In this document: positions 54,701-64,000 of the stretch, one piece after another
Layout: every line of letters begins with the position of its first letter
How positions within the stretch are numbered: position 1 is the stretch's first letter
Assembly: GCA_951406725.2 (NCBI GenBank)
Contig: OX597828.1
Coordinates: 51,708,001 to 51,772,000 of the forward strand
DNA length: 64,000 nt
Direction: 5' to 3'
From: Octopus vulgaris
Taxonomy: Eukaryota
Translations under genes and position numbers: made by a program
Notes under the pieces: generated by a model
Told to the model about the DNA's origin: nothing
Seen by the model: the letters and a program-made list of their open reading frames with translations, nothing else
The model's database searches: none

Positions 54701-54892
54701 TATATACATGGACATATACGTATATAAATATATCTATATATCATATCAGAGTATGCGCACATGTGCAGACACATATGTATATATAGATATATTTATATAT
54801 ATATATATATATATACATATGTGTCTGCACGTGTGCGCATAATGTGATATGATATATAAATATATTTATATACGTATATGTCCATGTATATA
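54701..54892. repeat. inverted duplication centred on a (TA)n run
   Basis: TATATACATGGACATATACGTATATAAATATAT...TATGCGCACATGTGCAGACACATATG is mirrored as its reverse complement after a TA spacer. Confidence 0.85.
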
Positions 54893-55062
54893 TACATATT
54901 TATACATGTAGATACATACACACACAAACACATACACATATATATTTCAAAGTGTGAATCTAATTTGTCAGGTTCCATAAGTTTTAAGATTGATTCCTTG
55001 ATTCACTAATATACTAATAACATGTGTAAGTACATCAAACGCATAGATACATATGTTCATAC

Positions 55063-55103
<41 letters not shown>

Positions 55104-55106
<3 letters not shown>

Positions 55107-55313
55107 GCCATGTTGATTCGTTAGCTCCTGCATGCATTTTTTTCTCTCCTTGTTTCTCTCCGTGTTTCTTTTCTGTGTATCTTTCTGTTGAAGAGCGTAG
55201 GCTCGAAACGTAAAAGACTTGTTTTACCTCTATTCCTGAGCGCCATACTAATACAATTGTTTGTTTGTACTCCACCTGCCTTCGTCTTTTGTTTATTTTC
55301 GTAAAGCTTCCCG

Positions 55314-55314
<1 letters not shown>
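55104..55314 (+). mobile_element. (TA)n-flanked PLE pLTR-like short element with minimal hammerhead motif
   Basis: Motif TCTTT-CTGTTGA-A-GAGC-gtag-GCTC-GAAA-CG-TA-AAAGA at 55180-55217; downstream TTCCTGAGCG...TAATAC is shared with the 14576/44958 family. Confidence 0.65.
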
Positions 55315-55367
<53 letters not shown>

Positions 55368-55371
<4 letters not shown>

Positions 55372-55600
55372 TCGTCGTTTAACGTCCGCTTTCCATGCTA
55401 GCATAGCTTGGACGATTTTGACTGAGGGCTGGCGAACCAGATGGCTGCATCAGGCTCCAATCTTAATCTGGCAGGGTTTCTACTGCTTGATGTCCTTCTT
55501 AACGCCAACCACTCCGTGCCACCGGCACAGGTGCCAGTAAAGCGACGTTGGTAACGATCAAGCTCGAATGGCACCGAAGCCGTGAGGTTGTGCGTGTCAT
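55368..55600 (-). mobile_element. SINE 3' part with RTE-type body and tail
   Basis: Reverse complement contains GGTTGGCGTTAAGAAGGACATC.AGC.GTAGAAACCCTGCC and ends GCATGGAAAGCGGACGTTAAACGACGATGA. Confidence 0.65.
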
Positions 55601-55605
55601 GTGAA

Positions 55606-55648
<43 letters not shown>

Positions 55649-58370
55649 CAGAATGAAATTTAAAAATCCAAGGCTGTGAAAGATTTGAGAACATTTATAA
55701 AAAGAAGGCCTTACTGCTGTTTCCGGAATATTTTATAGATCCTTTCATCGGTGATGAAACAGTAATCGATGTGACAATGTATAACAAAAATTGACAAGGA
55801 CGACTTATGTCTGAAAACCAAACAGTTATATCAATGTTAATATAGTACATTTGTCAACTGGCATTTAATTAAAATTACGACGGCATTAAGGAGAATATGC
55901 AATTAGCTTAAAAATTGAATCTAGTAAAGAAAGGTAAATGAAAAAATTGCGGACCTAACTTAATTGTAAAGTGAAAGTGAATAAGAGAATGAATTTGGTC
56001 TTTCATAAGTACGCTGAAAACTCGAAGTCTACTTCTGCCGTATTACATCTCTTCAGCGAACCATATGAAAACCTTAGTAAAGGAAATCTCGATATCCTTG
56101 TATAATGAAGCAGTCTTTGTAGATGTATTTATAGTTGGTTATATAAGAGTACTCTACACAATTCTATTTGTAAACAAGCAGGTACCATGTTAAATAATTC
56201 ATACTTCCATATATAACGCCCATGAGTAGGAAATTTACGGAATATATTAATAGATAAGTATCTTGTTGAAGTAGAGTGTCCTGAACTTTTAGCACCACAA
56301 CTTAGTTAAATGAATAACGTTTCTAGAATACTTTTTCAAATATTTGAAATGGCGAATCAAAAGTTTCAAAGTTTTAATAAAACTAACGTTTTCTAGGGAA
56401 TTAGCTGGTTTTTATTTAGTCTCCTTTTTACAGTAAATAATTTTAGCCATTTTTCTTTTTATGTCATTTCCTGTCTTTATCCATCAAATGTTTTGTTTTT
56501 ATCCCTTAGGTTGTCCTTCAAACTTAGCGCAAGTTAATTAATGAAATATCAAAACGTGATTCAATTTCAAACGCTTGATAAAATGCGTGTGTATGTGCGT
56601 GTATGTTTATATGTGTGAGTTCATCGAGGCCTGTGTATGAGAGTATTTTTAGTGTGTGTTCACGTTCATAATTTTTCTTTCTTAATTATTCTTTATATCT
56701 CTTTTAATTTCTTTCAAATCTTTCAGTTCGCATTTATATACCGTTTTCTCCTCTTCTCCCTTTCGTTATCTCGCTGTCTCTTTTTCTCTCTTTTTTTCTC
56801 TCTCTCTGTCTCTCTTTCACTCTCACACTCCAACTCTCTACATTTTCATTTTTTTCTTTTTCTTTCATACTTACACATTATTCTCTAAATTCTTTCTCTA
56901 TTTCTTAGTTGTATTTCCAAAGTGTCAATGTTTCAAATTAACAACTCCCACAGGCAAAACACACGCACAAAGACTGCGTGCGCACACATACACACAACGT
57001 ATATTCATTATGTAGGTATTATCTGAAAATATTTATGGGATTTACTGAATTTTAGTTTATTTCTAGAAATATGATAAAAATGGAAATTTGTTTTATTGCC
57101 TTATTTTTTCGCCAAAATATATCTTAAAGACTGGAGAAAATTTGAACAATATCGTTAAATGAAAACCTTCCTATAATACAGAAAGCACAAAAGTGGTATT
57201 CATGAAAAATAAAATTTAAAATACTACATAAATAGATAAAATTTCAAGGAGTGGAAAATTTCTTAAATTAAGAAGCAGATTGAAATGCTGCATCTACTTC
57301 GAAATATTTAAAATTTGAACTGCATTTCTTTTCAACCAAGCACCCTTATCCTCTCCATACACTATTATGAACCTGGCATTATATATTTCTCAATTTAACT
57401 ATCGCCATCAATCGGTGCGAAAATTTACAGGTTATCTCCCCAAATTCGATTAAATACGGAGAATCTTCCTTAGGATGAACAATATTAATAAGTAGTTCTA
57501 GCTGCGCTCAGTTTGACTCAACCTAAATGCGAAATATCTGATTTCCTGCCAAATTCAAGAATATATTGCTCTTTTGCTCACTTTTCATCTATCTGTTATC
57601 ACTTGCCAGCATACTACATTCCGGAATTTCAAATGTCCTTATTGTGTAATGTAAACTACTTTCATCTGGTTAGAAACCTTTATAGTGGCTTCAAAAGTAA
57701 CATGGGATTTCAATTGATATTTAGCACATCATGAGCCTTCAGGATCTGCCAATACAAAACGACGCAGGCTTTGAATACAAAATAAAACAATTTAACCCTA
57801 AACACACTAGAATGGTTAAAGTATGGGCTTCAAAGGATGCCGTTTCATAAACACTTTCACAGAGGCATAACCAATTTGGAAAAATTACGATCAACGATAC
57901 GAGAGACTCGGAATAGAGATATGTATACAGAAAATGAGAGTTTGTCGGTCAATGTTTAAGGTCAAGTTCTCAATATTCACTTATTGAAAAGAAAAACAAG
58001 TGACGTTTGTTTTGCCCGTGAATGGAAAATGTTGTGCATGTTTGTAGCAGGCTGCATAACGTTATTTCAGAGTGACTACAAGTCATAAGCAATTTTCTCT
58101 CAATTTTAGGCTGTAAAAAGAAATGTCTTTAACACTCCAGTGAAGTCATATAAATATATACGCAAAAAAGCTCTAATTGAATCAGATAAGTCAAAAAGTC
58201 GATGCGATTTTGGCACCGAAACAAAGAAACAAAACTGGGCACCGTTATAGATGACATGAAAAAGAGAACTTAACAAAATAAACGTTGCAATTCATTCAAA
58301 CGATGATATTGTAGAAAAGAGAGTAGAAAAGATCTCGAAATATGTTGATTTAAATTAATAAATTCCCTGC

Positions 58371-58880
58371 GTCCCCAAAGTCCATCCCCTCCTCACCGTG
58401 GTGGGGACGCTGGCAACGGGTAGTGTCAGAGCTATGCCGTCGGGAACTTCGTTTCCTGGTAGGGCCACCCAAGGCGGATTGGTCTGACACCGAGCGGTAT
58501 TAGAGTCACAACCCGGCAGACGGGGCTCTGGTGAAAATCCTCGGAGTGTCTGTTTCGGCAACCGGCGGCTTCTCGGTCGTTCTGTCTCTGCGTCTGCGGA
58601 CAATCTGCGGCAAACAGGATGTCTCTACATGCGGGATTGTTGGGGACCGCTTGTGAAGTCCACATATTCCCACGAAACTTCTTCCATGAATTCTCAATGG
58701 CGAATACAATGGCAACATCGGCCTTCGCCGATGAAACCGTGATTGGCTCGCTATCTCCAGTGAACTGGTGCAGGACCGTCGTGCGTTGGCTGCCATGGTT
58801 TGAGACGCCTCGAGGGTGGTAGAAGAAGCCGACTCAACCCGCCCAGGGTGAATGTCGCCTCAAGTACAAGTAAAAATAAG
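58371..58880 (+). mobile_element. bipartite non-autonomous RTE element (5' UTR fused to 3' end)
   Basis: TSD TAATAAATTCCCTGC / TAATAGACTCCCTGC. RTE-like 5' UTR motif GAGCTATGCC...CCTGGTAGGGCCACCCA. 3' end encodes ELVQDRR...STRPG* and ends in CAAGTA repeats. Confidence 0.8.
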
Positions 58881-59149
58881 TAATAGACTCCCTGCACAAT
58901 ATTAGAAAGTTTTATCAGTTATTATTTTAGCATGAAGGTAATTTTCTCCAAAATTATCATATGTATTTCAATAGCTGGACATATCTCCACTCATATGAGT
59001 GCTGTAAAATTCTATCCATCAAGGAACAGCACATATTGTTAGAAATGTGCCCTGGTGGTTACCTGTATTTGAGCAGCGCCAGCCCGGTTGTATTTTAGAG
59101 AATTCTGAAGCTCAGCGTCGAAGGCAGAGAGAATGAATGGAGGCGAAGG

Positions 59150-59845
59150 AAATTGTAATTGAGTGCTGGGTCAGAAGTGAAGCGATTACAAGGGAACTCA
59201 GAAAATGTATTCCAAAAATACATGATATCATAATAGAATGAAATAGAAAACGTTCAGGTATGTAAGCAACAGTTAGCCCATCAACCAAGAGCGATAAGCA
59301 CAAATGGTTAGCAGACATGGAAAGTGAGTAAATAAAAGGGTGAATGGAAAACAAAGAAAATACTTCGCTATCAGATAGCGAGCCTATCGAACGCAGAGGG
59401 ATGAATGGTGGCAGTGAAGATGTAGGATCGGTGTTAATACATTTTCAGAAGATGGAGCTGAAGTAAGAGGAAAAAACCTATATTAGAAGGATGCAATAAT
59501 GATCAACGATATGTTATGAGGGTGATGAGCCTATATATTAAAGAATAACAGGATCAAACAATCCCTAATATGTATATTGATAGTCGCAAACTGAAAACAG
59601 AAATGGAAAAGATTGATTCTGTTCTTGGACATATTTCGGAAGAAAATATAACAGAAACCGACGAGATTGTCAGGTTTGCATAAAAGATTTTCGAGGAGAG
59701 AGAGAGAGTGATACAAAAGAAGAGAACGTGCAGTACGTAAATAACAATACTGGCGAAGATGAATTTATAGAAAACGAAGTAAGAAGGACATTGGGGAGAT
59801 GACAGATTGAAACAGAAGGAATTGCGCAATGAAATCATAGGAATA
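59150..59845 (+). mobile_element. decayed N-terminal ORF region of a Dong/R4-clade LINE
   Basis: KQQLAHQPRAI...WLADMESE and RKLKTEMEKIDSVLGHISEENITETDEIVRFA resemble R4-clade N-terminal segments; recalled similarity only. Confidence 0.45.
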
Positions 59846-59847
59846 TG

Positions 59848-60065
59848 ATTTAATATATTGGCCTGGTAATTCCTTGTTTGTAGGCATTGATCTTGAGCTG
59901 CTATGATAAACCGGTCTGTTTCAGATTTTAAGCCAGAGGACATTAGCCATTGATGGGTCAGGGCTTTGTCAACATCAGCATTATTCGCTCTCTTTGGGTA
60001 TTTACCCTTGAGAGGTTTTTCTTGCCATTTATCAGTCAGAATATCTAAGGCAACAGTTTTAGCAC

Positions 60066-60066
<1 letters not shown>
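59848..60066 (-). mobile_element. Dong/R4 LINE internal fragment
   Basis: WQEKPLKGKYP...WLMSSGLKSETDRFIIAAQDQCLQTRNYQANIL, paralogous to 60890-60990. Confidence 0.8.
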
Positions 60067-60124
<58 letters not shown>

Positions 60125-60185
60125 CATTACTATCATCATCATCATCATCATCATCGACATTATTGTTATTATTATTATTATTATT

Positions 60186-61044
60186 CAGTAGTTTTATTTT
60201 TATTTTTATAGCGTGCTTTCACTTCACTACCGAGCACAGCTCTGTGTGCCTTGGGTTTGTGCTGTGATTTGTTGTGATGCTCTGATGGTTATTGTATGGA
60301 AAGTGTTCTGCGTAGGATGTGTGCAGTGCCCAGTAGTGCAATTTTCTGTATGTTATATGTGTTTGTAAGTCCTGGTGTTTTTGTTATGTATTTGTCTGAA
60401 TATTTTTTTATCATGCCTAATGCACCTACTATGATAGGAATTGTTTCTGTTTTCAGATTCCACATTCTAGTTACCTCTATTTCCAGGTCTTTGTATTTTG
60501 AGAGTTTCTCCATTTCTTTTAGAGACACGTTGTCATCTGCCGGTACTGATACATCAATTAGAAAGCATTTTTTTCTTCATGGTCTCTGACAACTATATCT
60601 GGTCTGTTGGCCTTAATTTCTCTATCTGTGTGTATCGGCATATCCCAGAGTATGGTTGCTTTCTCGTTTTCTGTGACCTTTTCTGGTGTGTGCCTATACC
60701 ATCTTTTTTCTGTTGTTATTCCATAATGTTGGCATAGCTTCCAATGTATGTAAGTTCCAACTCTGTCATGTCTGTGAATATATTCCTTCTTAGCCAGGAC
60801 TGGGCAGCTAGAGATAATATGATTTATTGTTTCTTGTCCATCTCCACATATTCTGCAGTTACTTGTAATATTTCTTTTCATTACATGTTTTTGGTAATTT
60901 CTGGTGGGGAGGCTTTGGTCTTGTGCTGCAATTAAAAATCCCTCTGTTTCTGCTTTGAGTCCTGAGCTTCTCAACCATTGCTGGGATTTTTCTTTGTCTA
61001 TTTCTTTTGCGTTTAGTTTATTGCGTTTAGTTTAGTTTATTGCG

Positions 61045-61046
<2 letters not shown>
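60186..61046 (-). mobile_element. 5'-truncated Dong/R4-clade LINE (restriction-like endonuclease domain and 3' UTR) in (TAA)n
   Basis: ORFs 60558-60974 and 60289-60528 are joined by one frameshift and contain CRIC...H...C (CCHC), RHD, RPD...IDV...EKLSKY; TAA repeats flank both sides. Confidence 0.92.
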
Positions 61047-61091
<45 letters not shown>

Positions 61092-62170
61092 CATTATTAT
61101 TAAGTAGACCAACCAATAACACAAACCGAAGAAATATCATCAAAGTCAATTCAGATGAAATTATTTAGATTTAAAATAAAGCCGTTTGCCAAACAGACAC
61201 CAAATCGTGCATCTTGTTTCTATGTCATTTATCCAGACAAAATAAAGAAGAGCTACATAATGTAGTGCATTTTAAAATATACTAACGAAAAACATCGCAT
61301 AAAGATTATATTCACCGAGATTAAGGGAGGTTAGCGACGTTTGCACGAAGCAGAGTTATATAATCTAATGTGGAAAAAAAACCACTTGTATTTAACAAAG
61401 AAAACTTATACAAAACATGAAGAAAAATGATTAAAAAATAGTATCTGCTGAATAGAAGGAAGCGAACGCTTAGAGTGTTAAGCGACTACTGTGAGCTTAA
61501 TGGAAAACAACAACTAATATAATATAAATAACTATCTGAAAATGTTGTTTCGAAATTGCTACTCATATGTCTGTTTGTCTGTCTTTCTGTCTGTCTAACT
61601 ACATACTTATCTATCAAAGACTCTATCTATCTATCTATCTATCTACGGATACATGTGCGTATATCCATATTAATATACATGTTCATATACATATTCATGT
61701 ATATATATGCGTGTGTGTGTGTGTGTGTGAGTTTGTGTCTGCGTGAGGAGTGTGTATCTGCGTGTGTGTGCGTGTGGTACGACTGTGTCTATATGTGTGT
61801 GTGTGCATGTATGCATCCATACTTACATACATAAGCACAAGATAATTTCAGCACGGTCCAACGGACCCTGGTTGCAGGAAAATGGACTCAACACACTGAA
61901 TGATAAAAATACAAATCTTAAGAAATACCAGATGAACCAAAATTTAAAATGGCGCGAATGGGATGAAATGAAGACGCTTGATATAAATTTTCCAGAGAGT
62001 GAGAAGAGAGGAAGGCGATTAGGAGTGAGAGGTAAAGGCGATGGAGGATAGAAAGAGAGGAACTAAGAAAACATCACGTAGACTGAGCATCATGTGAGAA
62101 AAAGAAAACTATGTATATTAAAAAATACTTACATTTGACGGATACTTGTCCTCATCTTGTTTGTTGTTAA

Positions 62171-62212
62171 CACAACGTTTCGGCTCATATACACTCCATG
62201 CTTTATCAGGAA
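62171..62212 (-). ncRNA. degenerate minimal hammerhead-like motif
   Basis: Reverse complement CTGATAA-AGC...GCC-GAAA-CG-TT-GTG; G8 is mutated and stem I is lost. Confidence 0.3.
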
Positions 62213-62282
62213 ATTTCGAACCTGGGTTCTCATTCCTAAGGTATTTTACGGTGTTGGTATTATTATTATTATTATTATTATT

Positions 62283-62595
62283 CTATGTTTGACTTTTGCT
62301 TTATATTTGTACAAGTTGGCTCCAAGTCTCACCCAGAGACCTCAAGAGACAACAGGGTTGGAAGTTCATGTTGTTGTTATGCGTAGTGTTCCATATATTT
62401 GGGGGGTGGGGATGTTGTACTAATGAATGTCTAAAAAAAAAAGGGTTTTTTTTTTTTAAACCGAAAATTATGTTTGTTTTAAACCTTGAGATTACATAGA
62501 GAGTATTTTGCGTAGGATACGAGCAGTTCCCATGAGCACTATCTTTTGAACTTCTGCCATTTTTGGGTTTCCTGGTATCTGAGTTAGGTAGCTTA
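62283..62595 (-). mobile_element. Dong/R4 LINE extreme 3' end in (TAA)n
   Basis: QIPGNPKMAEVQKIVLMGTARILRKILSM* parallels QKIALLGTAHILRRTLSIQ* of the 60289 copy; TAA repeats flank both sides. Confidence 0.8.
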
Positions 62596-62604
62596 TTATC
62601 CTTA

Positions 62605-62665
<61 letters not shown>

Positions 62666-62718
62666 TATTATTATTATCATTATTATTATTATTATCATTA
62701 TCCTTATTATTATTATTA

Positions 62719-62770
<52 letters not shown>

Positions 62771-62775
<5 letters not shown>

Positions 62776-62845
62776 TCACTGCATGGAATCGAACTCTGAA
62801 TCTTTGTGGTAGTAGCCCGCGCTCTTAAACACTTCGCCATATGCA
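62771..62845 (-). mobile_element. short tRNA-like SINE head followed directly by (TAA)n
   Basis: Reverse complement GCATATGGCGAAGTGTTTAAGAGCGCGGG...GAGTTCGATTCC..GCAGTGACCTGAATAATAAT. Confidence 0.6.
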
Positions 62846-63429
62846 CATGTGCATATGGCGTATTATATAATGTTATATAGTATAATACTATAATTTTATA
62901 GTATTTTATAATATATTATGATAAAGTATTATATAATATAGTATAACATATTATTATATAATATTAAATCATTATATAATGTTATAATATTAAAATAGTA
63001 TTTTGTGTGCAATGTCATACACGGTGTATTTGTAATACAGTAAATGTTTGAAGTTTTAAATCGATTCTGTTAGAACAGTGAACCAGCTGTCTTGCACTCG
63101 ATGTTCTGTCTCTTTATATCTACACGCAACTCACACAAATGGCCTCTTCGGTGATTGACTTCACCCAATAACTGGTTCAACACCATCTGCAGGTTTCTTG
63201 AGAAACTTTCACGAAGTCTACTCTGTTGCAAATATTGAAACCAAGTTTGAAGCTAGGAGAAGTTATCCTCAAACCAAAGTGTACACATAATCGGCACTGC
63301 ATTCCCACGTGATAAAAAAATAATGAAATGAAAAATAGCAAAAGAAAAAAAAACCTTTTTGCTTTCCATTTTGATCATTCCGTTTTATTAAAGGTGTTCT
63401 GAACATTTTGCCGAATGTGAAACTGTCCT

Positions 63430-63690
63430 GCCACTAATCTTATAATCACTGTAAATCCGCTCAGTGCTTCCTACTGCTACTATAGACACTTCTGTTACTC
63501 CAAACTGACTGATTTGCTACTAAATCCATTATTTTCATCCCTCTCACTCGTACGTCCTCGTCCATTTACACTTATTATGTTCACACATGGAGGGCCCCAT
63601 ATTGACTGCAACACCTTAACCTTTCTTATCATGTAAGTGCTTTGGTAATCTGTCTGATCCTCTATTTCTTGCACACGTTTGTATCCTACT
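63430..63690 (+). mobile_element. possible CR1/Zenon-like LINE 3' remnant
   Basis: YCYYRHFCYSKLTDLL and LW*SV segments resemble the FYRYY.G.CS.EL...LWN.LP end; very decayed. Confidence 0.3.
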
Positions 63691-64000
63691 GTTTAAGATT
63701 AACCTTAGCCATGTCGATCTCAATATCCATATGAGTATTAAAACGAACACTGGTATAAATTATGTTTCAAAAGTTAACTTACGTGAACATGATACGCTTC
63801 TGCATAAAGATAAAATAACATTTTATATATTTTCTTCCTTTTGCTGAAGATACATTTTCAAGTCTAATGTAAAATCTTGACAGGACAGTGCTCATGACCT
63901 ATGACCTTTGACCCCTGACGTTATGCCAATCATGTTTCGTTTAAACTGTAGGAAAGACATAAGGTTCGGAAAGTTTCTGGAGGGCTCATATTCCATGGAA

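Noticed and set aside
58355-58822. GC-rich overlapping ORFs or CpG-island promoter
   Set aside because: Fully explained by the TSD-bounded RTE-derived element.

Overview
AT-rich, microsatellite-saturated eukaryotic non-coding DNA. The SINE families, the abundance of Dong/R4 and RTE LINEs and the (TA)n/(TAA)n load resemble an octopus (coleoid cephalopod) genome; this is an inference from recalled repeat families, not a database result. No intact host gene is supported, and almost all listed ORFs are translations of simple repeats. The window is a mosaic of tRNA-derived SINEs (at least 4-5 families, several with TSDs), Tc1/mariner fossils and MITEs, a non-autonomous Helitron, fragments of RTE, Tx1/L1, Dong/R4 and Penelope-like (PLE) retroelements, and several long palindromes. 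The main hidden signals are RNA-structural. (i) A type I hammerhead ribozyme with a complete catalytic core lies on the minus strand at 32151-32234, and about ten further minimal or degenerate hammerhead motifs occur, mostly inside short (TA)n-flanked or fold-back units that resemble PLE pseudo-LTRs or retrozymes. (ii) A TSD-bounded 510-bp bipartite RTE derivative begins at its first base with an HDV-like ribozyme fold. (iii) A stop-free, MAP7/ensconsin-like coding fragment sits between two (TA)n runs next to one of the hammerhead units. All alignments, translations and folds were done by eye.
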